From: Haplodiscus bocki
Lineage: Eukaryota
Assembly: GCA_965655095.1 (NCBI GenBank)
Contig: OZ296659.1
Location: forward strand, 61,318,001 to 61,382,000
Direction: 5' to 3'
Length of the DNA stretch: 64,000 nucleotides
Part shown: piece after piece, positions 50,481-62,870 of the stretch
How positions within the stretch are numbered: position 1 is the first letter of the stretch
Layout of the letters: each line of letters opens with the position of its first letter
Notes under the pieces: model-generated
What the model was told of the DNA's origin: nothing
The model's input: only the letters and a program-made list of their open reading frames with translations
Database searches by the model: none
Position numbers and translations under genes: made by a program

Positions 50481-52826
50481 TAGAGAAAGCGCTCGACAAA
50501 GAACGCACGGAAAAAGTCGTTGCGAGAAAGCACACGGAGAAGAATTCCAGCGAAAGGGCGCAGTGAAGAAGACCCTGGTAAAGAGCACACGGACAAGTTC
50601 TTTGGGAAAAAAAGAATGGATCAAACGCAGCAAAAAAATGCACCAAAGAAACTCCCGTGTGCAGGTCGCACAAACAATGCCCCTATGAAAAATAGCACAG
50701 AAAAAGCCCCTGCAAAAGAGTGTACTGAAACAGCTCTTGCAAAACAGCCCACGCAATCAATCATTGCAAGAAAGCAGAAGAGAAAAACCCTTGCGAAAGG
50801 GCGCAATGAAAAAGCCCTTGAAAAAAAACCTACGAACTCTCGCGAGAGAAGGCACGGGAAAAACGCAGCGAAAGATCGCACAGAAAAACCCCGGCGACAA
50901 ATCGCACGTAGAAAGCACCTCTATAGGAACGCACGGAAAAAACTCCCGCGAAAAAATGCACTGAAAAAGCCCCTTCAAAAGAGTGCAAGAAAGAACCCCC
51001 GCGAAAGAGTGCATGGAAGAAGCCCTAGCGAATGACTGCAGGGGAGAAAACCTCGGCGAGAAATCGCACGGAAAACGTCTCCGTGAAAGAGCGTTCGGAA
51101 AAAGCCCTGGTGTAGGAGCGCACCGAAAACTTCTCTGCCAAAAGGAGAACGCAAAAAGTCCCACCGAAGAACCGCTCGGACAAATTGCTGGGAATATTAA
51201 CACGGAAAAAACAGCAGCGACAAGTCGTACGAGGAAATCCCCTGTGAAGAAAAGCACGAAAAAACCCCTGCGAAAGAGCGCATGAAAAATCCCCGCGATT
51301 GACTGCACGGAAGAAACCCCAATGAATGACTGCACTTGACATACCTCAGCGAGAAATTGCACGGAAAAAGCCCGTGTAGAAGAGAACACGGGAAAAACTC
51401 TCGGGAAGGAGATGACGGAAGAAGACCGTGCGACAGTGAGCATCACAGGCGAACCCTCCCGAAGGAGCGCACAGAAAAAAGCAGCGAAAAATTGCTGGTA
51501 AAAACGCCAAGGACGAACCTCACGAAAAAAGCTCCTGTGAAAGAGCGCACTGAAAAATTTCCAGCGAAAGAGCGCACTGTAAAAACCACTGCGAAATTGC
51601 GCCTGGAAAAATTCCTCACATGAGCGCACTGAGAAAACCCCTCTAAAGGAGCAAACGGAAAAAAACCACTGTGAGAACTCGCATGGTAAGCCTCGTGTGA
51701 AAGAGTGCACAGAAAAAACTCTAGTGTATGTGCTCACGGAGGAGAACCCCTTGGAAAGGGCGCACTGAAAAAACCCTGCTAAAGAGCGCACGGACAAGTT
51801 CTCAGCGAGAGAGAAAACTGATCAAACGCAGCAAAAACTTGCACCAAAGGAACTCCGTCGAGAAGGTCGCACAAAGAATGCCCCTATGAACGGAAGCAGA
51901 AGAAAAGCCCCTGAAGAAGAGGGCACAGAAATAGCCCTTGACAAAGAACGCACGGAAAAAGTCGTTGCGAGAAAGCACACGGAGAAAACTCCTGTGAAAG
52001 GGCGCACTGAAAAAGCTGCTTCAAAAGAGTGCAAGAAAGAACCCCGCCAGAGAGTGCATGGAAGAAGCCCTAGCGATTGACCGAAGGAGAGAAAACCTCA
52101 GCGAGAAATCGCACGGAAAACGCCTCCGTGAAAGAGCGCTCGGGAAAAGCCCCGGTATAAGAGCGCACCGAAAAAATCCCTGCCAAAAAGAGCACGCAAA
52201 AAGTCCCAGCGAAAAACCGCTCGGACAAAATGCTGGGAATGATATCAGGGAAAAATTACCAGCGACAAGCGTACGAAGGAAGCCCCTGTGAAGAAAAACA
52301 CAAAAATAGCCCCTGCAAAAGAGCGCATGAAAAATCCCCGTGAGTGACTGCACGGAAGAAACCCCAATGAATGACTGCACTTGATATACCTCAGCGCAAA
52401 ATTGCACGGAAAAAGCCCCTGTGGAAGAAAACACGGGGAAAAATCTCGCGGAGCAGTTCACGGAAGAAGACCCCGCGACAGTGAGCATGACAGGAAAACC
52501 CCCCGCGAAGGAGCCCAAGGAATAAATGCAGCAAAAGATTGGTAGGAAAAAACGCCAGAGACAAACCGCACGGAAAAAGCTCCTCTGAAAGAGCGCACAG
52601 TAAAAACCATGCGAAAGTGCGCAAGAAAAAATCCTCGTATGAGCGCATTGAGAAAACCCCTGTAATGGAGCGCACGGAAAAAGCCACTGCGAGAACTCGC
52701 GTGGTAAGCCTCGTGTGAAGGAGTGCACAGAAAACGCCCTAATGTATGTGCTCACGGAGGAAAACCCCTTGGAAAGGGCGCACTGAAAAAACCTTGCTAA
52801 AGAGCGCACGGAACAAGTTCTCCGCT

Positions 52827-52841
52827 AGAGAGAGAGAGAGA
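52827..52841. repeat. (AG)7 microsatellite
   Basis: TCCGCT(AG)7AATGGATCAAACG. Confidence 0.85.
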
Positions 52842-53420
52842 ATGGATCAAACGAAGCAAAAAATTACACCAAAGGATTTCCGGCGAGAAGGTTGCACAAA
52901 CAATGCCTCTATGAAAAAAAGCACAGGAAAAGTCCCTGAAGAAGAGCGCACAGAAACAGCCCTTGACAAAGAACACACGGAAAAAGTCGTTGCGAGAAAG
53001 CACACGGAGAAAAATCCCGGCGAAAGGGCGCAGTGAAAAAGACTCTGCTACAGAGCGCACGGACATGATCTCTGGGAAAGAGAGAATGGATCAAACGCAG
53101 CGAAAAAATGCAAAGGAACTCCGGTGTGCAGGTTGCACAAATAATGGCCTCAAGAATAACAGCACAAAAAAGCCCCTGCGGAAGAGTGTACTGAAACAGC
53201 TCTCAAAAAATACAGCACGTAATTAACCGTTGCAAGAAAGCAGAAGAGAAAAACCTTTGCGAATGGCGCAATGAAAAAGCCCCTTAAAAAAACCTACGAA
53301 CTCTTGGGAGAGAAGGCACGGAAAAAACGCAGCGAATGATCGCACAGAAAACAACGGCAACAAATCGCACGTAGAAAGCACCTCTATAGGAACGCACGGA
53401 AAAAACTCCCGCGAAAAAAT

Positions 53421-54785
53421 GCACTGAAAAAGCCCCTGCAAAAGAGTGCAAAGAAAAACCCCCGCGAGAGAGTGCCTGGAAGTAGCCCTAGCGAATGACC
53501 GCAGGGGAGAGAACCTCAGCGAGAAATTGCACCGAAAACGCCCCCGTGAGAGACCGCTCGGAAAAAGCCCCGGTGTAGGAGCGCACCGAAAATTTCCCTG
53601 CCAAAAAGAGCACGCAAAAAGTCCCAGCGAAAAACCGCTCGGACAAAATGCTGGGAATGATATCAGGGAAAAATTACCAGCGACAACCGTACGAAGGAAG
53701 CCCTTGTGAAGAAAAACACAAAAATAGCCCCTGCAAAAGAGCGCATGAAAAATCCCCGCGAGTGACTGCACGGAAGAAACCCCAATGAATGACTGCACTT
53801 GGAAAACATCAGATCAGCGAAAAATCCCTCGGAAAAAGCCCCTGTGGTAGAAAGCACCGAAAAAGAAACCGGACGGCAAAAAGGAGCACCACGTTAAAAA
53901 CGCAGCGAAAGACCGCACAAAAAAAATATCAGAGACCCAGCGCACGGAGAATGCACCTCTATAGGAACGCACGAAAAAAAGTCCAGCGAAAAAGTGCACT
54001 GAAAAAGCCCCTGCAAAAGAGTGCAAAGAAAAACCCCCGCGAGAGAGTGCCTGAAAGTAGCCCTAGCGAATGACCGCAGGAGAGGGAACCTCAGCGAGAA
54101 ATTGCACCGAAAACGCCCCCGTGAGAGACCGCTCGGAAAAAGCCCCGGTGTAGGAGCGCACCGAAAATTTCCCTGCCAAAAAGAGCACGCAAAAAGTCCC
54201 AGCGAAAAACCGCTCGGACAAAATGCTGGGAATGATATCAGGGAAAAATTACCAGCGACAACCGTACGAAGGAAGCCCTTGTGAAGAAAAACACAAAAAT
54301 AGCCCCTGCAAAAGAGCGCATGAAAAATCCCCGCGAGTGACTGCACGGAAGAAACCCCAATGAATGACTGCACTTGGAAAACATCAGATCAGCGAAAAAT
54401 CCCTCGGAAAAAGCCCCTGTGGTAGAAAGCACCGAAAAAGAAACCGGACGGCAAAAAGGAGCACCACGTTAAAAACGCAGCGAAAGACCGCACAAAAAAA
54501 ATATCAGAGACCCAGCGCACGGAGAATGCACCTCTATAGGAACGCACGAAAAAAAGTCCAGCGAAAAAGTGCACTGAAAAAGCCCCTGCAAAAGAGTGCA
54601 AAGAAAAACCCCCGCGAGAGAGTGCCTGAAAGTAGCCCTAGCGAATGACCGCAGGGGAGAGAACCTCAGCGAGAAATTGCACCGAAAACGCCCCCGTGAG
54701 AGACCGCTCGGAAAAAGCCCCGGTGTAGGAGCGCACCGAAAAATTCCCTGCCAAAAAGAGCACGCAAAAAGTCCCAGCGAAAAAC
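53421..54785 (+). repeat. Near-perfect 575-bp tandem repeat, ~2.4 copies
   Basis: ORF sets are offset by exactly 575: 53446/54021/54596, 53789/54364, 53663/54238 and 53814/54389. The last three pairs have identical translations. Confidence 0.93.
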
Positions 54786-57540
54786 TGCTCGGAAAAAATG
54801 CTGGGATTGATATCACGGAAAAAACACCAGCAACAAGTCGTAGGAAGAAAGCCCCTGTGATGACAAACACGAAATTAGCCCCTGCAAAAGCGCGTGAACA
54901 ACCCCCGCGAGTGACTGCACGGAAGAAAACCCAATGAATGACTGCACCTGAAATACCTCAGCAAGAAATTGCGCGGGAGAAGCAACTGTGGAAGCGAACA
55001 CGGGAAAAAATCTCGCAAAAGAGGTCACGGATGAAGACCCTGCGACAATGAGCATCACAGGGAAAACCACCGCGAAGGAGCGCACGGAAAAAAAGCAGCA
55101 AAAGATTGCTAGGAAGAAACGCCAGAGACAAAGCGCACAGTAAAAACCCCTTGCGAAAGTGCGCATGGAAAAATCCTTGCGTGAGCGCGATGAAAAAGCC
55201 TCTAAGATGGAGCGCACGGAAAATGCCCCCGAGTATGGGCTCACGGAAGAAAACCCCTGGGAAATGGCGCACGGAAAAAACCACTGCGAGAACTTGCATG
55301 GTAAGCCTCGTGTGAAGGAGTGCACAGAAAACGCCTTAATGTATGTGCTCACGGAGGAAAACCCCTTGGAAAGGGCGCACTGAAAAAGCCCCTTCAAAAG
55401 AGTGCAAGAAAAAACCCCCGCCGGAGAGTGCATGGAAGAAGCCCTAGCGGTTGACCGAAGGAGAGAAAACCTCAGCGAGAAATCGCACGGAAAACGCCTC
55501 CATGAAAGAATGCTCGGAAAAAGCCCCGGTGTAGGAGCGCACCGAAAAAATCCCTGCCAAAAAGAGCACGCAAAAAGTCCCAGCGAAAAACCGCTCGGAC
55601 AAAATGCTGGGAATGATATCAGGGAAAAATTACCAGCGACAACCGTACGAAGGAAGCCCTTGTGAAGAAAAACACAAAAATAGCCCCTGCAAAAGAGCGC
55701 ATGAAAAATCCCCGCGAGTGACTGCACGGAAGAAACCCCAATGAATGACTGCACTTGGAAAACATCAGATCAGCAAAAAATCGCACGGAAAAAGCCCCTG
55801 GTGGTGAGAACACGGAAAGAAATTTAGCGAAGGAAAGCATGGAAGAAGACCCCGAGACAGTGAGCACAACAAAAAAAACCACCGCGAAGGAGCACCACGA
55901 AAAAGCTCAGCGAAAAATCGCTGGGAAAAAATGCCAGAGACAAATCGCAGGGAGAAAGCACCTCGGTAGGGGCGCACATAAAAAGCTGTGGTCAAAGACC
56001 GCATGAAAAGTCCCCTTGGGAGAGTGCACGGAAAAAATCCCAGTGAATGTTTACACGTGAAAAACCTCAGCAAACATTGCAGGAAGAAAGCCCCTGTGGA
56101 AGAGCTCACTGAAAAAGCTCCTGTGAAAGTGCACACAGAAGAAACCCCGTGCAAAAACAAGCACAAAAAATGTCGGTGCGAGAAAGCACACGAAAGAAAA
56201 CCCTGCAAAATGGTGCATTGGAAAAGACCCTGCGATAAAACTAACGGAAACAAGCTCTGCGAAAGACAGAACGGAAAAAATTCAACGAAAGATTGCACAG
56301 AAAAGGCGCTTGCAAAACAGCGCAAAGGAACAGCCCTTGCAAAAAAGCGCACTGAAACAGACCCTTTGAATGAGCGCAGAAAAACAGTCTTTGACAATGA
56401 ACACACGGAGGAAGTCGTTGCGAGAAAGCACACGGAAAAAACGCCTTCAAAAGAGAACATAGAAAACCTCGGCAAGAGAGTGCACAGAAAAAGTTTTTGT
56501 GAATCACCGCATGAGAAGAACTTCAGCGAAAAGTCGCACGGAAAAAGCCCCTGTGGTAGAAAGCACCGAAAAAGAAACCGGACGGCAAAAAGGAGCACCA
56601 CGTTAAAAACGCAGCGAAAGACCGCACAAAAAAAATATCAGCGACCAAGCGCACGGAGAATGCACCTCTATAGGAACGCACGGAAAAAAATCCTGCGAAA
56701 AAGTGCACTGAAAAAGCCCCTGCAAAGGAACGCACAGTAATTGTCCCTGCGAAAGTGCGCACTGAACAAGTCCCTGCAAGAAGGCGCACTGAAAAAGCCC
56801 CTCTGAGAGGGCGTACTGAGAAGGCCCCTGCAAAAGAGTGCAAGGAAAACCCCCCGCGAGAGAGTGCCTGGAAGTAGCCCTAGCGAATGACCGCAGGGGA
56901 GAGAACCTCAGCGAGAAATTGCACCGAAAACGCCCCCGTGAGAGACCGCTCGGAAAAAGCCCCGGTGTAGGAGCGCACCGAAAAATTCCCTGCCAAAAAG
57001 AGCACGCAAAAAGTCCCAGCGAAAAACTGCTCGGAAAAAATGCTGGGATTGATATCACGGAAAAAACACCAGCAACAAGTCGTAGGAAGAAAGCCCCTGT
57101 GATGAAAAACACAAAAATAGCCCCTGCAAAAGAGCGCATGATCAGCCCCCGCGAGTGACTGCACGGAAGAAAACCCAATGAATGACTGCACCTGAAATAC
57201 CTCAGCAAGAAATTGCGCGGGAGAAGCAACTGTGGAAGCGAACACGGGAAAAAATCTCGCAAAAGAGGTCACGGAAGAAGACCCTGCGACAATGAGCATC
57301 ACAGGGAAAACCACCGCGAAGGAGCGCACGGAAAAAAAGCAGCGAAAGATTGCTAGGAAGAAACGCCAGAGACAAAACGCACGGAAAAAACTCCTGTAAA
57401 AGAGCGCACAGTAAAAACCCCTTGCGAAAGTGCGCATCGAAAAATCCTTCCGTGAGCGCACTGAAAAAGCCTCTAAGATGGAGCGCACGGAAAATGCCCC
57501 CGTGTATGGGCTCACAAAAGAAAACCCCGGGGAAATGGCG
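54596..57540 (+). repeat. Dispersed near-identical duplication, ~54596-55270 vs ~56838-57540 (offset ~2242)
   Basis: Both ORFs 54596 and 56838 contain KIPCQKEHAKSPSEKLLGKNAGIDITEKTPATSRRKKAPVM. MLGRNARDK ORFs start at 55106 and 57350. Confidence 0.85.
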
Positions 57541-60479
57541 CACTGAAAAAACCCTGCGATAAAACTAACGGAAACAAGCTCTGCGAAAGACAGAATGGAA
57601 AAAACTCAACGAAAGATTGCACAGAAAAGGCGCTTGCGAAACAGCGCAAAGGAACAGCCCTTGCAAAAAAGCGCACTGAAACAGACCCTGTGATTGAGCG
57701 CAGAGGAACAGCCTTTGACAATGAACGCACGGAAGAAGTCGTTGCGAGAAAGCTCACGGAAAAAACCTCTTCAAAAGAGAGCATGGAAAACCTCGGCAAG
57801 AGTGTGCACGGAAAAAGTTTTTGTGAATGACCGCATGAGGAGAACTTCAGCAAGATGTCGCACGGGAAAACCCCTGTGGAAGACAGCACCTAAAAAATCT
57901 CGCAAAGGAGAGCATGGAGGAAGACCCCGCGGAAGAGTACACGGAAAAAATGCAACGAAAGATCACTAGGAAAAAATTCCAGAGTCAAACCGCACAAACA
58001 AAGCACATGTGTAGGATATCACGGTAAAAGCTCCTGCGAAAGTAATAGCCTCTGCAAAAATGCGCAGGGAAAACTCCCTGCGCCAAAGCGCACTGAAAAA
58101 GCACCCGCGAAAGGGCACACTGATGAAGCCCCTGCAAAAGATTGCACGAAAAATCTCAGCATAAGAGTGCACGGAGAGCCCCAGCGAATGACTGCCGGAG
58201 AAAAAACTTCAGCGAGAAAATGCAGGGAAAACGCCCCTATGAAGGAGAGCACGGAAAATACCCTAACGTAAAAGAGCCCGGAAAAAGACATCGCTAAGGA
58301 GTGCTCGGAAAGAGACTCCGGAAAGAAAGCACGGAAAACGTCCCAACAAAATTAAGCACCACAGAGAAAACACCAGGCGAATTAGAGCACTGAAAAAGAC
58401 CCTAAGAAAGAGCGAACGGAAAAAGTCTCTTCAAAAAGGGAAGGGAGAAAACGCCGCGAAAAATTGCACGGAAAAATTGCCAGCGAGAAGTCGCTTGGAC
58501 AAAGCCCCTGTGAAAGAAAGCACGAAAAAAGCCCCTGCGAAAGAGATCACTGAGAAGGCCCCCGCAGAAGACCGCACGGAAAAAAACGCCAACGAGTAGT
58601 CGCACGAAGAAAATCTCTGTGAAAGAGCGCACGGGAAAAGCCCCTGGGAACGAGTGCACTGAAAAAGACGCTGCCAAGGAGCGCACCTAAAATTTACCTG
58701 CCAAACAGAGCACGGGAAAAGTCCCAGCGAAAAACCCGTTAGAGAAAATGCTGGGACAGATATCACGGAAGAAACGCCGGCGACAAGTCGCGCAAAGAAA
58801 ACCCCTATGAAGAAAAATACAGTAATAGCAAGTGGAAAAGAGCTCACTGAAGAAGCCCCTGCGAATGAGGGCACGGAAGGAGAGCCGTGAAGGAGACCCT
58901 GTAACAGGGAGCACAGAAAAAGACCTCGCAAAAGAGAGCACGGAGGGAGACCATGGGAAAGTGGGCATCACCAAAAAACCTCCAGGCGAAAAAGGACACG
59001 TAAAAAACCAAGCGAATGAGCGCACGGAGAACGCTTTAGCAAAAGAGCGCACGAAAGAAAAAAAACCCAGCGATATGTCACACGGAAAAACGCCCCAGCG
59101 ATTGAGGGCACGGGAAAGACTCCAGTCAGAAATTGCACGGGAAAAGCTTCTAGGAATTAACCCACGGAGAACGCCCGTGCGGAAGAGAGCGCGGGAAAAG
59201 CCCTCACCAAGGAGAGCATAGAAGGAAACCCCGCAGAAAAAGAGCAGGGAAGAAGACGTCGTGAAGGAGAGCACGGAAAAAAACCTGGCAAGGGCAGCAT
59301 GGAGGGAGACTAGGCGAAACTGGGCACAACGGAAAAAAACCCTGGCGCAAGAGAGCGCAAAATGCCCCCTGGGAAAGAGCATACGGAAAAGTCCCCAGCC
59401 GTAGAGCTCACGGATTAAACGCTGTCGAGAAAAGGCATGGAAAAGGCACCGGTCAGGGAGCGCAAAGATACTGCCTCTGCGAAAAAGCGCATGGAGAAAG
59501 CCTGTGTGAAGAAGCGCCTTGAAAGAGCCCCCGTGAAAGAGCGAACGGAAATAGCCACTGCAAAGCAGCTCACGGAAAAAGCACCTGTAAAGGGGCGCAC
59601 AGAAAAACTCCCGGGAGAAAACGCACTGATAGGACCACAGCGAATGAGGGTAGGGGAAAGACCCCAGTGAGAAAACGCACGGGAGGAGCTCCTGTTAATG
59701 ATCGCACAAAAAAGCCCCTGCGAAAAAGCGCACGAAAGAAGCACTTGCGTAAAAATGAAGGGAATTAGCCCCACGGAAGTGCCAATGGGAAATTCCCCCG
59801 CGGAGAATCGCACGGAAAATGTTCTAGCGAAAAAGCGCACACATAAAGCCCTTGCGAAAGAGATCACAGAAAACAGCCCCTGCAGAGGAAAGCATTGGAA
59901 AAGCCTCTGGGTTAGGGCGCTCTGGAAGACACACTGCAATGAACTGCACAGCAGACGCCCTTGCAAAAGTGCGCACAGAAACGTTCTCGCGAGAAAGTGC
60001 ATGGAAGAAACCCAAGCGAACGAGGGCGCGGAAAAACCCCATTTAGAAATCAAATCGGAAAAACTCCTGTGAAGGATCGCACGGGAAAAGCCCGTGCGGA
60101 AGAGCACACGGAAAAAGTTCCCGCAAAAAATACCAAAGAAAAATCCCCTCTTAAGGAGCACATTGAAACTACCTCTTCAAAAAAGCGCACAGAGATAGCC
60201 CCGGCGGAAGAGCGCACGGAAAAAAGCCCCCGGCGAAACAGCTCACGGATTGAACCCCAGCGAAAGTACGTACAAAAATAGCTCCTGTCGAAGATTGCAC
60301 GGAAAAAGCCCCCACAAAAAAGCTCACGGAGTCAGCCACTGCGAAGGTGCTCACGGAATGAGCCCCAGCGAAAAAACGCTAGGGAAAATCTCCTGTGAAG
60401 TACCACACGCAAAAAGCCCCTATGGAAGAGTGCTCAGATAAAGTTCCCACATAAAAACGTACGGAAAAAAGCCAAGGCG

Positions 60480-62870
60480 AAAGAGCGCGCCGAAAAAAAC
60501 CAAACGAAAAATCGCACGGAAAAAGCGACTGTCTAGGACCGCACGGGTGAAGCCCTTTTGCAAGAAGCCCACTGATAAATCTCCTGCAAGAGAGCGCACT
60601 GGAATAGCCCCTGGGGAAGAGCGCACAGGGAAAATTTCTGCAAATGAGCGCACGGAGGAAACCCTTGCGAAAGAGAGCATGGAAAAAGCCTCCTCAAAGG
60701 GGCACCCGGAGGAGACACCCGCAACCTGGCACCTAGCATGAGTCCGCAAAAAAGCAGACGGAAAAATCCCAAGCCAAAGAGCGTATGGGAAAGGCTCCGC
60801 GAAAGAGCGCACGGAAATGGTCCGAGAAAAATCGCTCGGAAAAACCCCATCCGAAAGATTGCACCGAAAAAGCCCCTGCAAAGGAGCGCACAGAAAAACT
60901 TCCTGCGAAGGAGCTCACAGAGTAAGCCTCTGCGAAAAAGTGCACGGAATCTGTTCTTTTGAGAGAGCGCGCAAAAAAGACCTTGCAAAAGAGATCAAGG
61001 AAAAAACCCCTATGAACGGGTGCACGCGAAAAACTCCAGCAAAAGAGAGCACGGAAGAAACTCCACCGAAAAGTCGCGTAAAAAAAGACCTATGGAGGAG
61101 CACACGGAAAAACACCTCTGCGAAACAGCGCATGGAGAAAACCCCCAACGAAAGAGAGCATGTGAAAAACCCCCGCGGATGAGCCAAGGAATCGCAAGGA
61201 TAAAGCCCTGTGAAGGAGCGCTCACAAAATCCCCTAAGAAGAAGAAGTGGATGGAAAATTCCCTGCGAAAGAGCTCACGGAAAAAGTTGTGAGTAAAAAG
61301 CGCACGGGAAAAGACCCTGTGCAGGAGCGCACTGAAAATATCGAGCAAAAAAAAGCGGGAAAATCCCACGGCGAACGGGCGCACGGGGAATATTCCTGCT
61401 AATAGCGCAGGGAAGAAACCCAAGTGAGAAATCGAACGGAGAAAGCCTTTGAAAGAGTGAACAAAAAAGCCCCTAAGATGGAGCGCACGGAAAAAAGCCC
61501 TGCGAAAAATTGCTTGGAAAAGCCCCTGCAAAAAACCGCACCAAAAAAGCCCTTGCGAAAAAGCCTACCAAAATGGTTCCTGCGAAGGAGCTCAGGGAAT
61601 GAGCCCTTGCGAAAAAGGAAATTGTTCCACCAAGACAGCGCGTAGACATCCTCCCCCAAAAAAAATCGCGGAATAAGCCCTTTCCGAAAGAACGCATGGA
61701 AAAAGCCCTGCGGAAAAGCGCACGAAAATTGCTTCTGCCAAGGAGCGCACGGCAAAAACCCTTGCGAAAGGCACTGAAAAAATCTCCGCAAATTGGCACC
61801 CGCATAAAATGCCCGCAAAAAAGCACCTGGCCAGAGCCCGCTAAAAAGCACACGGAAAAATCCCGAGCGAAAGACTCCGCGAAAGGGCGCACCAAAATAG
61901 TCCGAGCAAAAGCGCTGGGAAAATCCCCTGCCGAACGATTGCACACAAAAAGCCCCTGCGAAAGAGCGCACGGAAACTATTCCTGCGAAGGGCCTCACAG
62001 AAAAAACCCCTGCGATAGAGAGCACGGAAAAAGCCCCCCGCAGAAGAGCGGACGAAAAAAAAACCGTTGCGAAAAAGTGCACAGAAAAAACCTCCAAAAT
62101 GTACGCTTGGAAAAGAAACTGTGAAGGAGCGCACGGTAAAAGCGACTGTGTAGAACCGCACGGAAGAAACCCTTTTGTAAGAAGCGCACTGATAAGGCCC
62201 CTGCAAGAGAGCGCATGGGAATAGCCCCTGGGGAAGAGCGCACAGGAAAAATTTCTGCAAAAGAGCGCACGGAGGAAACCCTTGCGAAAGAGAGCATGGA
62301 AAAATCCTCTGCAGAGGGGCACCCGGAGGAGACACCCGCAACCTGGCACCTAGCATGAGTCCGCAAAAAAGCAGACGGAAAAATCCCAAGCCAAAGAGCG
62401 TATGGGAAAGGCTCCGCGAAAGAGCGCACGGAAATGGTCCGAGAAAAATCGCTCGGAAAAACCCCATCCGAAAGATTGCACCGAAAAAGCCCCTGCAAAG
62501 GAGCGCACAGAAAAACTTCCTGCGAAGGAGCTCACAGAGTAAGCCTCTGCGAAAAAGTGCACGGAATCTGTTCTTTTGAGAGAGCGCGCAAAAAAGACCT
62601 TGCAAAAGAGATCAAGGAAAAAACTCTTACGAACGGGTGCACGCAAAAAACTCCAGCAAAAGAGCGCACGAAAAAAACTCCATTGGAAAGTTGCACTGAA
62701 AAACTTTATGAACAAGCACACGGAAGAAAACCTTTGCGAAAAAGCATGTGAAAAGCCCCCGCCAATGAGCGCAAAAAACGCAAGGATAAAGCCCTGTGAA
62801 GGAGCGTACTGAAAATGTCCAGCGAAAGAAAACGCTGCAAAATACCCCGGCGAACGGGCGCACGGGGAAT
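60480..62870 (+). repeat. 1617-bp-offset duplication (~60 monomers); near-identical core ~60640-61010 vs ~62257-62627
   Basis: The 74-aa ORFs 60738..60962 and 62355..62579 are identical, and ORFs 60817/62434 share their first ~63 residues. A unique marker, GAGACACCCGCAACCTGGCACCTAGCATGAGTCC, is present in both copies. Confidence 0.92.

Larger units (their letters stand above)
50500..58830 (+). repeat. HOR domain 2: seven copies of a ~350-bp core module interleaved with other duplicated blocks
   Basis: The ORF motif family (M)QxKTPAxECxExALAxDxRxENLSEK...GKSPGVGAHRK occurs at 50983, ~52030-52058, 53446, 54021, 54596, 55402 and 56838, with a partial copy near 58680. The nucleotide marker is GACTGCACGGAAGAAAMCCCAATGAATGACTGCAC. 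Confidence 0.88.

Noticed and set aside
60480-62870. Paired direct repeats as LTRs or a transposon (also 48050/50225 and 54596/56838)
   Set aside because: The repeats and the sequence between them are all satellite monomers. I saw no TG..CA termini, primer-binding site, target-site duplication, terminal inverted repeats, or transposase/RT coding sequence.
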